Shown here one piece after another: positions 8,882-19,449 of a stretch of 64,000 nucleotides of DNA. This stretch comes from a virus: IMG/VR virus record IMGVR_UViG_3300017917_002765, positions 1 to 64,000 of that record. One strand, 5' to 3'. The notes under the pieces are model-generated. The model had not been told where the DNA came from, ran no database searches, and saw only the letters and a list, made by a program, of their open reading frames with translations. A program made the position numbers and the translations under genes. Positions within the stretch are counted from its first letter, which is position 1. Every line of letters begins with the position of its first letter.

Positions 8882-8977
8882 AATTACAAAGGTAATAAAT
8901 CAATTTGATATAACCAAATATTTTTAAAACTTTTTTTGCAAAGTCTTAAAAATTATGGTTAAAACAAATCATTTCTA

Positions 8978-9700
8978 TTATACTTTACCTATTTTTGGTT
9001 GTCCATCCTCAATGATAAGATATTGTCTTTCATCTAGACAGTCTATTAATATTAAGTTTTCTTTATCAAGTATTGTCAGTTCTCTCACAGAAGTATGACC
9101 AACAACACAAACAATTTCTTCAACCATATTCTTAACCAAAGATTGTGGCCTAACCCATATCGGTCCTTGAGTAATATCATTACCACTTTGACTGAAGTTA
9201 TTACCCATAGAAAACCCAAATACTCTTGGTTGAAACTTCAAATAGTCATTAAGAATTTGTATCATCACTTCGTCAACCAACGGGTTTATGTTGTTTGGTG
9301 CCAATACCGTTTTAACCCATGTCTTGGTTAACCCAGCATGGCTAAAGAAAAACTTATCGTGCTTATAACAGATTTGAAGATGACCGTCTTGTATTGCCTT
9401 TTCCACATGTTGCCCTATGTCTATGGCATAACCAGCTTGATAACCAGAATAGGTTTCTCCAATACCACGTATATAATGGTAATCGTGATTACCAATCAAT
9501 GTAACCACTTTATCAGGATTGGCTTCTTTAAAAGCAATTATCTCTTTAAAGTTTTCAATCTGTCTGTTTCCGCTATATCCTTTATTGTGAGAGTCAAAAT
9601 AATCACCTACAAAAATAAAAAGGTCAACGTCTTTTTCCGCTTCAACAATCTCTTTCCATATAGACCTACCATGAATGTCACCCAAGCAAACTAATTTCAT
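8978..9700 (-). CDS. Calcineurin-like metallophosphoesterase
   Basis: GDIHG, GDYFD, GNHD, SHAG, GHT. Confidence 0.9.
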   Translation of the reverse strand: MKLVCLGDIHGRSIWKEIVEAEKDVDLFIFVGDYFDSHNKGYSGNRQIENFKEIIAFKEANPDKVVTLIGNHDYHYIRGIGETYSGYQAGYAIDIGQHVEKAIQDGHLQICYKHDKFFFSHAGLTKTWVKTVLAPNNINPLVDEVMIQILNDYLKFQPRVFGFSMGNNFSQSGNDITQGPIWVRPQSLVKNMVEEIVCVVGHTSVRELTILDKENLILIDCLDERQYLIIEDGQPKIGKV

Positions 9701-9709
9701 ACTTTTATT

Positions 9710-9979
9710 TTAACAACGATATAATACACCATCCTCATCTCTCCCTAATCCATTAAACGGTGGTTTGGTATAATCTGGTAACCATTCATGAACAGTAAAT
9801 CCATGTTGTTGACCAAGTGCTTGAAGAGTTGGCTTGTTATCAATTTTAGCTGCTTCATGGTCAAACAAATTATGAAGCTTATTCATAATAACATTTGTCT
9901 TGGATATATTAAACCCATCTTCACCAATAGCGTCAATGTAACCATCAAGCCAAATTACGAAAGTTTGTAATTTATCCAT
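9710..9979 (-). CDS. Hypothetical protein (paralog of 9983..10261)
   Basis: FVIWLDGY ... ends RC. Confidence 0.65.
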   Translation of the reverse strand: MDKLQTFVIWLDGYIDAIGEDGFNISKTNVIMNKLHNLFDHEAAKIDNKPTLQALGQQHGFTVHEWLPDYTKPPFNGLGRDEDGVLYRC

Positions 9980-9982
9980 AGC

Positions 9983-10261
9983 TTAACATCTTATTAAATC
10001 TTTATCGCTTGAGCTAGGTTTTACCGAGCTAGTAGGTTTGTGTGTTATGTTTAGACCATTTAAAGGGTCTTTGCCATCATAAATATTCTGTAAGATTGCT
10101 TGAACAATCTTATTATCAGAATATGATGGGTCAATCTCATGTAAGAATACCAACTTTAAATGGTTCTTAATGGTTTTTACCTGCTCAGGTGTCAATGCTT
10201 TATTGGGTTCTGATAATTCAAAAAACCCTTGAAGCCAGTATACAAATTGGTCGCTCCGCAT
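9983..10261 (-). CDS. Hypothetical phage protein
   Basis: FVYWLQGFFE..IKNHLKLVF ... ends RC. Confidence 0.7.
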   Translation of the reverse strand: MRSDQFVYWLQGFFELSEPNKALTPEQVKTIKNHLKLVFLHEIDPSYSDNKIVQAILQNIYDGKDPLNGLNITHKPTSSVKPSSSDKDLIRC

Positions 10262-10404
10262 CTTAATTAATTTTATTTGTTATTATATTTTTTATTTAAA
10301 ACCACCAGCTGATTTACTCAAACCAGTTAAACAATTACTAATATTTGTTTTTTTTTATAGTTATAATTTAGGTTTACCAAGAAAAAAATCAAAATATTTA
10401 GAAA

Positions 10405-11061
10405 TTATAAATTAATAATAATAGGTGGGTTAATCATAACATAATTATCATTTAATAAACTAGCGTTGACTAATTTTACACCATTTTCAGTTTCAAATAA
10501 CCCATAAGCCTCATGTATATGTCCGCACACATGCAATTTCAATTCCTTTAATTCAGATACCTTATTTCTAAGTATTGGACAACCAGTGGCTTCACCTCTT
10601 GATGTTAAATCCAAATAGCCTCTTATTGGTCCGTGTGTTATCAGAATATTTGTGTCCAATGGAATCTTGTCCCAATGGGCACCAATTTTTTCTGACGTTC
10701 TATTAAAAGCCCAATTAAAAAAGTATGGTTGGATTGGACTACCCCATATCTTAATCCCATCAATTTCTACACCACTATCATTCAGATATGTTACGCTTGG
10801 ATATCTGTTTAGTAATTCTTCAATCAGTTCTGGACTAGTACGTTCAAAATAGAAATCGTGGTTACCAGCAATTAACAGCTTATGCTTAAATGGCAACTTT
10901 GAATACCATTCCATAAAGTCAATAATTTCACGTTCTTCCCCTCTACTTGAAACGTCACCTGAATGGATACACATATCAATGTCACCATCAGCGTTTTCAA
11001 CAAACCTGCTAGGAATTTCTTTGTGTTTAGTATGCGTATCGCTTATACAAATTATCTTCAT
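10405..11061 (-). CDS. Metallophosphoesterase (MPPED/239FB-like)
   Basis: SDTH, HSGD, AGNHD, THGP, GHIHE. Confidence 0.9.
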   Translation of the reverse strand: MKIICISDTHTKHKEIPSRFVENADGDIDMCIHSGDVSSRGEEREIIDFMEWYSKLPFKHKLLIAGNHDFYFERTSPELIEELLNRYPSVTYLNDSGVEIDGIKIWGSPIQPYFFNWAFNRTSEKIGAHWDKIPLDTNILITHGPIRGYLDLTSRGEATGCPILRNKVSELKELKLHVCGHIHEAYGLFETENGVKLVNASLLNDNYVMINPPIIINL

Positions 11062-11498
11062 TGATTAATAAATTTTCTTCCATTCTTCAACAGCTCTTCA
11101 AGCTCCCAAGAACGATAGTCATCATAATAAGTTTTAATTGCCATTCGTTTGAAATCGTCCTCAAGAGTGGTTCCGAACATGCCTTTTAGTTCACCAAGTT
11201 CAACTTCTAATTCTTCTTTATAACGCTCCAAATCTTGGATTTCATCTCGAAGTTCTTCCAATTCGTATTCTTTATCATCACAATTTGGGAAGTCTCCATC
11301 CAAAGCTAAGAATAGTTCTTCGCTATACAATTTAAGTGTTGTATTTAATTCACGTTCTGAAGTTGTTGTACTTATTGCTCCAACAACAGGGCCGCTATCC
11401 CTAAAGTTATTCTTTAAAAATGTCATGAACAATTCCTTAAATTGTTCAAATGGAAATTCTTGTGTGTCTGCCATTTTATATTTTTTACAAAAGTACAA
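11058..11498 (-). CDS. Hypothetical coiled-coil protein
   Basis: 146 aa ORF. Confidence 0.65.
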   Translation of the reverse strand: MYFCKKYKMADTQEFPFEQFKELFMTFLKNNFRDSGPVVGAISTTTSERELNTTLKLYSEELFLALDGDFPNCDDKEYELEELRDEIQDLERYKEELEVELGELKGMFGTTLEDDFKRMAIKTYYDDYRSWELEELLKNGRKFINQ

Positions 11499-11526
11499 TA
11501 AATTTTCTAAACCAACAAGCTTTTGG

Positions 11527-11970
11527 TTAAAAATTTTTCATCATTCTTTCAGTAACTTCAATTACTTTTTCATCATACCATTTATCAAAAAAGTATTTTA
11601 ACGTATGTAAGTTAGTGCGTTTGTCATTAGAATACATTGTTAACAAAGTAGGGTCTATATCTCCATATAATTTATGACGCACCACCCAACTAGTCGGCCC
11701 CAATTTTAATTCACAATCATTTAAGAATTTATCAAAATTATTAGAAAATGATTTTAATTTTTTATCAAACCAAGTGTCAAAATATTTAGTAACTTCGCTA
11801 ACACCACTAAACACTGTATTAACTTCTTTTTCTATATCAATACGGTTATACATATCTGGTTTACCCAAAGCAGCTATTTTAAATTCGGCTTCTTTTTTAG
11901 AATAAGTATGTACAATAACTGTATAGTATTTGTCTAAGTATTTATTTACCAAATATTCATCATCCGTCAT
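11527..11970 (-). CDS. Hypothetical protein
   Basis: 147 aa ORF. Confidence 0.65.
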   Translation of the reverse strand: MTDDEYLVNKYLDKYYTVIVHTYSKKEAEFKIAALGKPDMYNRIDIEKEVNTVFSGVSEVTKYFDTWFDKKLKSFSNNFDKFLNDCELKLGPTSWVVRHKLYGDIDPTLLTMYSNDKRTNLHTLKYFFDKWYDEKVIEVTERMMKNF

Positions 11971-13949
11971 ATTCTAAGTAACGTTAAATTGATGTTTTTC
12001 TTTTCAACATCAACTGACTTAACAACTACCATAACTTCGTCACCAAGCCTTATTTTTTCTCCAGTGTTCATTCCTTTTACGCAATAGTTATTCACATCGG
12101 CAGTAAATGAATCTCCACCAATGTCCACTAATCTCACAAGACCTTCACACTTGTTTTCTTGTATCTCAACAAATAACCCATATTCAGCAACAGAGGTTAC
12201 CAATCCTCTATATATCTTACCCACATTGTTATTCATGTAGATACATTGCATATACTTGATTGAATCCCTCTCAGCTTTCTGCGCTTTCTTTTCCCTCTCA
12301 GAAAGGTAATTACACTTGGTTTCCAACTTTTCTAATTTAGGTTCTGGTTTACTTTCAAGGTATCTAGCCAATAACCTATGAACCATAACGTCAGGATAAC
12401 GTCTGATTGGGCTTGTAAAGTGAGCATAGTCTTTGAACCCTAATCCATAGTGACCTATGTTTTGTGTTCTGTAATCAGCTTTCTGCATGGTTCTAACCAC
12501 AAGGTTATTAATCATGTTTTCTTCTGGCTTACCCTTTACATCTTCTAGCAATTGGTTTAGCGTTCTGGTTATTTCAACTGGGTCTTGTGTTTTAATCTCG
12601 TAACCAAATTGCTTGATGAACTCTTTAAGACTATTCAATTTATCTTCATCTGGTTTATCATGCGCACGGTTAACCATTGGTAACTTCTTATCATTGATGA
12701 ACTTTGCAACGTGCCTGTTGGCCAATAGCATGTATTCTTCAATCAATTTGTTAGCATCTTTGCTTTCCTTGAAAATGATGTCCACTGGTTTATTGTGTTC
12801 ATCCAACTTAAATCTTACTTCACTCTTGTCAAATGATATACTACCCTTTGATAAACGAACTTTACGCATCTTCTTCGCAATCTTATCCAAATGAATAATA
12901 GCGTTAGTTAAATTAGTAGCTTTAATTAAATTTTCATCTACTCTTTCATTGATACTAAAATCAACAAGACCAATTTTTTTATATAGTCTACTTAAACCAT
13001 TAAAATCTTTCCATTCAATTATTTCTTGAGCTTCCTCGTATGTAAATCTGTGGTCGGAGTGAATTATGGTTCTTCCAAACCATTCTTCAACTACATGTCC
13101 ATTGTGGTCCAATTTGAACACCGCTGAAAAGCATAGTTTATCTTCGTGTGGTCTAAGACTACATAAGCCATTAGAAAGCCTCTCAGGAAGCATTGGAACA
13201 CATCTGTCAACCAAATAGACAGAAGTACCTCTTCGGTATGCTTCCTTGTCTAATTCGGTGTCTGGACGCAAATAATGACTAACATCCGCTATGTGAACAC
13301 CAACCTCCATGAAACAATCAACCCATTGAACGCTAAGAGCGTCATCAAAGTCTTTTGCGTTTAATGGGTCAATGGTGAATGTCAATACATCACGCATATC
13401 CCTACGCTTATCAATCTCTGATTGTGGTATGGTTTCTGGTATTGCTTCTGATTCAGCTATTATATCAGCATCGAAATCATACGGTAAACCATATTCTTCA
13501 AGTATGGAATGAATCTCTGTTTCATGTTCACCAGAGTCACCAATGATACGAATTATTTCCCCATTAGGGTTTTTGGCATCATCTTTCCATTCAACCAACT
13601 TAGCAACAACTTTTTGACCATCTTTGGCTCCTAGTATTTTGCTTATCGGTATATAAAAGTCAATTGGCAGCTTATTACTATCTGGTATAAAGAAAGCGTA
13701 TCGTGGACTTATTTGAATTGTTCCTACAAATTCATCTCTGAATCTTTCGATGATTTCAATAACTTCACCTTCAATAGAACGGCCATTGCCTTCTATCACT
13801 CTTATCTTAACCGAATCAAGGTGTAATGCTTTATTTGTGTTGTTTTTGTGAATGTAAATGTCTTTTGGTAAATCCGTATTTACTAAGTAAGCGGAACCGC
13901 TTGCGTTCATGCTAAGTCTACCAGAAATTATATCACCTATATTAATCAT
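11967..13949 (-). CDS. rnr: Ribonuclease R
   Basis: TIDPLNAKDFDDA, HIADVSHY, HFTSPIRRYPD, C-terminal S1 domain. Confidence 0.95.
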   Translation of the reverse strand: MINIGDIISGRLSMNASGSAYLVNTDLPKDIYIHKNNTNKALHLDSVKIRVIEGNGRSIEGEVIEIIERFRDEFVGTIQISPRYAFFIPDSNKLPIDFYIPISKILGAKDGQKVVAKLVEWKDDAKNPNGEIIRIIGDSGEHETEIHSILEEYGLPYDFDADIIAESEAIPETIPQSEIDKRRDMRDVLTFTIDPLNAKDFDDALSVQWVDCFMEVGVHIADVSHYLRPDTELDKEAYRRGTSVYLVDRCVPMLPERLSNGLCSLRPHEDKLCFSAVFKLDHNGHVVEEWFGRTIIHSDHRFTYEEAQEIIEWKDFNGLSRLYKKIGLVDFSINERVDENLIKATNLTNAIIHLDKIAKKMRKVRLSKGSISFDKSEVRFKLDEHNKPVDIIFKESKDANKLIEEYMLLANRHVAKFINDKKLPMVNRAHDKPDEDKLNSLKEFIKQFGYEIKTQDPVEITRTLNQLLEDVKGKPEENMINNLVVRTMQKADYRTQNIGHYGLGFKDYAHFTSPIRRYPDVMVHRLLARYLESKPEPKLEKLETKCNYLSEREKKAQKAERDSIKYMQCIYMNNNVGKIYRGLVTSVAEYGLFVEIQENKCEGLVRLVDIGGDSFTADVNNYCVKGMNTGEKIRLGDEVMVVVKSVDVEKKNINLTLLRI

Positions 13950-13986
13950 AAAACAAAGATACTAAAATCTTTTCATTTTTACAAAT

Positions 13987-14014
13987 AATAAACCCACTTT
14001 TCAGTGGGTTTATT
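13987..14014. terminator. Terminator-like hairpin
   Basis: aataaacccact-tttc-agtgggtttatt. Confidence 0.6.
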
Positions 14015-14015
14015 T

Positions 14016-14534
14016 TTAGTCTTGTCCAGAAAATACAACATTAATTTTAAAATCAGTAATTTTACCTTCTAATGACATTTTTTTACCCCATTGTTCAAAT
14101 AAACCAACGTGTTCTAGTCTATCCTCCCACATTTCTATTTCACAATTTGGATACTTATCTACCAATGAGTTAAGTGTTTTAATCTTAAAATCATCAGTGC
14201 TACCACCAGTATTATAATGATATTCATCAAAAGTCAATCCATTTTCATCCAACACTTTTTTAACTGTATCACCTAATTTGACCATTCTACCTGTTAATAA
14301 AACCATAAGAGTATTTGGGTTTGATTTTTCTGTTTTATAATCACTCAACACACTCTGTATTACAGGCATCTCAAATATAGATGTGTCCAATGAATCAGCT
14401 TGTCCCCACCAACCTTTATGCGGCCACGGTTTACCAGTTTTTTTTTCGTAAGTTATTCGACCAGTTTCTGGGAGTGGGGTCATAATTAACGTACCATCAA
14501 AATCAAAAACACTTAATTTAGTAATTTTGTCCAT
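14016..14534 (-). CDS. HAD phosphatase, Swiss-Army-Knife RNA-repair-like
   Basis: FDFDGTL, GWW, LLTGR, FK, WEDR..H. Confidence 0.8.
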   Translation of the reverse strand: MDKITKLSVFDFDGTLIMTPLPETGRITYEKKTGKPWPHKGWWGQADSLDTSIFEMPVIQSVLSDYKTEKSNPNTLMVLLTGRMVKLGDTVKKVLDENGLTFDEYHYNTGGSTDDFKIKTLNSLVDKYPNCEIEMWEDRLEHVGLFEQWGKKMSLEGKITDFKINVVFSGQD

Positions 14535-14549
14535 AATTTTAAATCTAAT

Positions 14550-15041
14550 TTATTTCTTTTTAGGTCTAATAGTAACAAACATACGTTTGTTTTCAAGAAT
14601 TGGTAATGATTCAGCTAAACCATGTTCTTCAACAGCATTAACCATATTTAACATTATTAATTCTCCTTTTGTTATATAAGTCATTTCACGACCTTTAAAC
14701 TGCATAGTAATCTTAACTTTATGACCCTTATCTAAAAAATCAATCATGTGTTTTATACGATAACTTAAGTCGTTTTCTGAAGTATTTGGACCCACTTTAA
14801 TTTCTTTTAGTTCAGGTGTTTTTTGTTTCTCCTTTTTACTTTGTTCGTATAAAAACTTTTCATAATTCATAAGTTTGCAAACTGGTGGAGTTGCATTGCT
14901 CGACATTAAAACCAAGTCTAAACTTTGTTCGTTAGATAATTTTAAAGCATCGCTGATAGACATGATTCCAAAATCAACTACTCTGACTTCACGAGCCTTA
15001 ATTTCTTCGTTAATGTAGTGTTGTTTTTTGTTTTTATTCAT
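14550..15041 (-). CDS. infC: Translation initiation factor IF-3
   Basis: INEEIKAREVRVV, LDLV..PPVCKLMNY, KEIK, FKGRE. Confidence 0.95.
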   Translation of the reverse strand: MNKNKKQHYINEEIKAREVRVVDFGIMSISDALKLSNEQSLDLVLMSSNATPPVCKLMNYEKFLYEQSKKEKQKTPELKEIKVGPNTSENDLSYRIKHMIDFLDKGHKVKITMQFKGREMTYITKGELIMLNMVNAVEEHGLAESLPILENKRMFVTIRPKKK

Positions 15042-15045
15042 TATT

Positions 15046-15234
15046 TTAATTTAAGCTAGGGTTTGTAATGGAATTATTATCAATATCATCATTGTCCTCA
15101 TCATTAGTTATATTAATCATTTCTATAACACCATCAAGTTCGTCTAAAACTGTAACTTCTAACGAACCAGTTATATCATCATATACAGCTACTATTAAAT
15201 ATTCACCAAAATTTATATTTTTTGTTAATTTCAT
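15046..15234 (-). CDS. Small acidic hypothetical protein
   Basis: 62 aa ORF in operon context. Confidence 0.55.
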   Translation of the reverse strand: MKLTKNINFGEYLIVAVYDDITGSLEVTVLDELDGVIEMINITNDEDNDDIDNNSITNPSLN

Positions 15235-15245
15235 GATAGTTTATC

Positions 15246-15698
15246 TTAATATACTTTTTTTAATTTGGAAAAAATTTCATCAATCAAATAAGATTGTGTT
15301 TCGTGTAACATCTCTTTAGCTTCATTTAAGCTAACCCATTTAAAATCATCCATCTCAAAAAAACTATCACCATCATTTGATACCATTGACATACATTTTA
15401 TTTCAAAACTTTTCAAATTAACAGAAGGATTTTCTTCTTCTAAAAATAAAAAAGATGCAAGTGCTTTATTACCATGTTTATAATCAACCATAGGTAAAGC
15501 TATAAAATTTAAATCTTTTGTTAATAAAATGTTAGTTTCTTCATATGTTTCACGAATAGCAGCATCCAAAAGGCTCTCATCACTCTCCACCCTACCCTTT
15601 GGTATACTCCAAAAGTTTGGGTTATGATTTGTGGGATGACAAACCAACAATTCATTATTATTGTTAATTAAAAAGATACCTGACGATATTGTTTTCAT
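15246..15698 (-). CDS. NUDIX hydrolase
   Basis: Nudix box PKGRVESDESLLDAAIRETYEETN. Confidence 0.9.
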   Translation of the reverse strand: MKTISSGIFLINNNNELLVCHPTNHNPNFWSIPKGRVESDESLLDAAIRETYEETNILLTKDLNFIALPMVDYKHGNKALASFLFLEEENPSVNLKSFEIKCMSMVSNDGDSFFEMDDFKWVSLNEAKEMLHETQSYLIDEIFSKLKKVY

Positions 15699-15741
15699 TA
15701 TGTTACAAATGTACTAAATGTTTTTTATATTTTACAACTTT

Positions 15742-17331
15742 TTAATTTAAAGTTGTAAATTCTCCATTAATAAAAGTAATATGTTGAGCACGGCCATCCT
15801 CATGTATGATAACATGTGATTGTAACCAAGTGCTTGGTCCTAAGTTATATCCAACACGCATGTTGGTTGATGTTCCCACAGCCAATGCACCATCTTTACG
15901 ACCTGGTGTGTGATAATGACCAACAACAATTTTTGTATTCAGCCTTCTAAATTGTAAAAGTGAACCACGACTACCATTAGAACCAATGTCACCATGCTGA
16001 CCTAATTCCCATCCACCCTTAACCTTGTAAGAGTCGGTTCTGCTTAATGTGATAAACTTAGGATATTTCTGTTTAATCAAGGCTGGAATAACACCATCAA
16101 CAGATGTAGGATTGCTTGCATGTTGCTCAAGCAATATGTCTGATAATTGCATATATAATCTTGAGTTTTTGAATGTTGGTTGTTTCTTCCAATCCTCATT
16201 CTTTAACCATCTATCCAAGAAATCATCATGATTACTACGTACAATAACCACATTCTTATATTTCTCAAATGGTTTTAAGGAATTCATCATAATATCAAGC
16301 TCTTTATTCAAATCATTGGTTCCGTTTACTTCTTTACCATACTGAACGAAAGGGTCTTTCATTTGATGATGCGATATTGAATCACCATCAAAAACATCGT
16401 GTAATACAACATGATTAGGTTTAACTTTATCCATAAGTTTTAACGTGGAATTAATCACGTTTTGGTCGTGATGACCGAAATGCACATCCCCAAGGATAAT
16501 AGCTTCAATTGAATTTATTTTACTAACTTTTCCACCATCAACTCGATAATACAAATCTGTAAAAGCACCAGTCTTATCATCAGCTGTAACTTGGCGGACA
16601 AAGAATACATCTTTGTCTTTTATTTCAACGACAACAAAACCTAATGTGTGGTGAAACTCACCTTTCTTACCAGCCTTTGAATCAGTGTAATTCTTTACAG
16701 TAACAGCACCAGTGGTGAGCATCATCTTTGGCTTAGAACTTTCAAGCACTGGTATCATTTCTAATTGAACCTTGGGACTGCCAAATATACAAGAGTTTAT
16801 ACCACTCATACCTTGCATACCACTCATAGGATTGGTTGCCGTTGGTTGAATCTTAACATCAGACATAATCGACACATACTTGTGAATGTCATGTCGGTTA
16901 GCATCAGCATATTTGATGATTTCTTCTACCCAATTTTCTTCACTTTGCTGACCAGCCGTGAAGATAGAAGTAGGGTTTTTGTAGCGACCAAGTATGATGT
17001 GAATATCAGCATCAATCTCTTTGGCATAAGCTTCTATGTTCTCATAAAGTCCTTTATGGACCCTAGTGTTGTTTTGACCCCAAGTGATTATGAATCGTTT
17101 TTTGGTTTTGTCAAACTTACGTTGCTTAGCAATTGTATATTGCTCAGGCTCAGCATCAGTTTTTTCTTTAAGACCAAGTCTTTCACTAACCCATTTTCTT
17201 ATTGTTCTTTCAGTAACACCCATTTCTTCTGAAAGCATAAAAGCTCTTTTTTCCCATGAGATGTTTGATTTCTCAGAGTAAACTTTTTTAATCCTGTCTA
17301 CTTGTTCATCTGTTAATTTATTAAAATTCAT
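15742..17331 (-). CDS. HTH plus metallophosphoesterase phage protein
   Basis: N-terminal HTH (GVTERTIRKW); GDVH, HDVFD, SNHD, HGD, GHYH. Confidence 0.8.
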   Translation of the reverse strand: MNFNKLTDEQVDRIKKVYSEKSNISWEKRAFMLSEEMGVTERTIRKWVSERLGLKEKTDAEPEQYTIAKQRKFDKTKKRFIITWGQNNTRVHKGLYENIEAYAKEIDADIHIILGRYKNPTSIFTAGQQSEENWVEEIIKYADANRHDIHKYVSIMSDVKIQPTATNPMSGMQGMSGINSCIFGSPKVQLEMIPVLESSKPKMMLTTGAVTVKNYTDSKAGKKGEFHHTLGFVVVEIKDKDVFFVRQVTADDKTGAFTDLYYRVDGGKVSKINSIEAIILGDVHFGHHDQNVINSTLKLMDKVKPNHVVLHDVFDGDSISHHQMKDPFVQYGKEVNGTNDLNKELDIMMNSLKPFEKYKNVVIVRSNHDDFLDRWLKNEDWKKQPTFKNSRLYMQLSDILLEQHASNPTSVDGVIPALIKQKYPKFITLSRTDSYKVKGGWELGQHGDIGSNGSRGSLLQFRRLNTKIVVGHYHTPGRKDGALAVGTSTNMRVGYNLGPSTWLQSHVIIHEDGRAQHITFINGEFTTLN

Positions 17332-18332
17332 TTTGAATTTTTAAGACGATTGTTATTTTTTAAAGTTTCATAACTGTAAAGTCTATCAGTCGCATAAATG
17401 GCTGTGGATATTCTTTCAGCAATGCTTATTGTTTTAATCTTTTTCATAGCATCGATTTCTTTCTCATTAAGACTTGTTTTTAAACCTAGTGAGTTACTCA
17501 ATACCAATTCAGTCAATTTTGAGTTGGCTATATTCTCATACGCCTTTCCAGACAACACACCGTGACTTATAATCGCTCTAACACTTTTGGCTCCATTGTC
17601 CAACAAAACTTCAGCAGCTTTACAAAGAGTCCCAGCTGTATCAACCATGTCATCAAGGATGACAACGTCTTTACCTTTAACATCACCTATGATAACCATC
17701 TTATCAACTTCATTGGCTTTGCTTCTGGTTTTATCCATCATGACAATGTTAAGTTCGTGACCTAGTTTAGCTACTTGGTCTCTGACACCCTTAACTCGTT
17801 TACCAGACCCAGCGTCTGGACCACATAGAATAGTGTCTTCTGTAACGATTGAGCCAATATAATCATCGAACACATTTTTACCCTCAATGTGTGTCACAGG
17901 TATTTCAAAAAAACCTTGAATCTGGTTGGCATGTAAATCATATGTTATGATTGATGTGGCACCGCAAGCTTCCAACATCTTTGCCATTACCTTTGCACCT
18001 ATTGGACCTCTAACTTGGTCTTTTTTGTCTTGACGGGCATATGGGAAATAAGGTAATATCGGGATGATTTCGCTAGCGGATGCTCTTTTTGCTGCATCAA
18101 TAGATAATTGAAGCTCAATTATTTTGTCACTGGTATCTGGACTTGTTAGTAAATAAACTCTGCGACCACGAATGGTATTTGGGAAATCAATACACAATTC
18201 ACCATCTGAAAACTTTTGTTCATTTAACAAACCTAAGCTAATGCTTAAAAGATTTTTACCAGTCTGACATTTGGTAATGATTTCATTGGCCAAATCCAAA
18301 CGATTATCAATTGAAAATAGAATAGACTCCAT
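17328..18332 (-). CDS. prs: Ribose-phosphate pyrophosphokinase
   Basis: FSDGE, PYFPYARQDK, DLHANQIQGFF, DDMVDTAGTL. Confidence 0.92.
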   Translation of the reverse strand: MESILFSIDNRLDLANEIITKCQTGKNLLSISLGLLNEQKFSDGELCIDFPNTIRGRRVYLLTSPDTSDKIIELQLSIDAAKRASASEIIPILPYFPYARQDKKDQVRGPIGAKVMAKMLEACGATSIITYDLHANQIQGFFEIPVTHIEGKNVFDDYIGSIVTEDTILCGPDAGSGKRVKGVRDQVAKLGHELNIVMMDKTRSKANEVDKMVIIGDVKGKDVVILDDMVDTAGTLCKAAEVLLDNGAKSVRAIISHGVLSGKAYENIANSKLTELVLSNSLGLKTSLNEKEIDAMKKIKTISIAERISTAIYATDRLYSYETLKNNNRLKNSK

Positions 18333-18335
18333 ATT

Positions 18336-18530
18336 TTATTTTGAAGTTCTTACAAAATATATCCAACCAGAATCTGAATTCTTGGTTAATATATCTGCAA
18401 TTTCTTGAGCCTTCTCTTTGTTATCTAATTCCCATACTTCTGAATGTGAGTCAATTAAAACAACTTCAACCGTTTGACCTTGTTCAATCATTCTCTTAAC
18501 AATCATGTAGCTTTCTAATCTTTCTTGCAT
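18336..18530 (-). CDS. Hypothetical phage protein
   Basis: 64 aa; NSDSGWIY motif. Confidence 0.6.
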   Translation of the reverse strand: MQERLESYMIVKRMIEQGQTVEVVLIDSHSEVWELDNKEKAQEIADILTKNSDSGWIYFVRTSK

Positions 18531-18580
18531 TTTATTTTTTGTTTAAAGCAAATGTACGATAAAAAATTGAATTAACCAAA

Positions 18581-18946
18581 TTAACCTTTAATTTTTTTCC
18601 AGTCACGGAGGTGCCAACGAGTCTTATATTTCCCTAATTCAAAATGACCATTATATAAAATGACATCCAGAGCCATTGGTAACTCAGAATATAGTTTATC
18701 CCAAGCAGCTTTCTGTTCATCTGTATAATCAACAAAATCTTCTTGAGAAAAAGGGTCGATATTTTTTGATTTACCGTTTAATATTAAATCAATGGCTTCA
18801 TATATTGTATCAAAACCAAATGGTGGAGCTATTTCATCACCGTCATCACCTTTATTTACTATGATTTTATTATCATCAATACTCCAACGTAAATGTTTTA
18901 ATAACTTTACGTGTTCTTCTTTTAATTCAAATATTATTGCACTCAT
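18581..18946 (-). CDS. Hypothetical protein
   Basis: 121 aa ORF. Confidence 0.65.
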   Translation of the reverse strand: MSAIIFELKEEHVKLLKHLRWSIDDNKIIVNKGDDGDEIAPPFGFDTIYEAIDLILNGKSKNIDPFSQEDFVDYTDEQKAAWDKLYSELPMALDVILYNGHFELGKYKTRWHLRDWKKIKG

Positions 18947-18952
18947 ATTATA

Positions 18953-19135
18953 TTATTTTCCGTTGTAAATTTTATCAAAATCATTTCTTTTCATAGAATA
19001 ATAAACCTTATCGTGCTTAAAGTATACAGTATCACCAAAATAATTCACATTCTTTGGTGTCCAAGTTTTTAAATCTTCAATCTTTAGATTTTTTTCCGTT
19101 TCGTTAGCAACGCCTACTTTAACTGTTATGTCCAT
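18953..19135 (-). CDS. Hypothetical protein
   Basis: 60 aa ORF. Confidence 0.55.
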   Translation of the reverse strand: MDITVKVGVANETEKNLKIEDLKTWTPKNVNYFGDTVYFKHDKVYYSMKRNDFDKIYNGK

Positions 19136-19400
19136 AGTTAATTATTAAAACTTTTTTATTATTTTTTTTAGCTTTATTTATAGAATCCAATGTTCCACTG
19201 CTAATACCGTCCCAAAAGGCAACTATTAACTCTGATTCATTTACTATATCTGTATTTCTAATCATACCAGCTGATTTACCATATTTATCCCAGTCAGGTA
19301 TAAATATCTTAGTTGGTATATTATTTTCTTTAGCATATTCTTCACCTAAAGAATCAGCACCCTTAGCACCACCAATTTTTAACTTTTTATAAGTTTCCAT
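19119..19400 (-). pseudogene. SLOG/YspA-like (DUF2493) protein, C-terminal fragment
   Basis: GGAKGAD, DWDKYGKSAGMIRN, AFWDG..SGT; the N-terminal GSR motif is missing. Confidence 0.75.
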
Positions 19401-19449
19401 ATATTTATATCACAAAGGTACTAATAAATTTTTAAATAAACAAAAAAAA

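Noticed and set aside
17328-18332. NAD+ reconstitution anti-defence pathway
   Set aside because: The gene looks like standard Prs, and no nicotinamide phosphoribosyltransferase-like partner is visible in the window.
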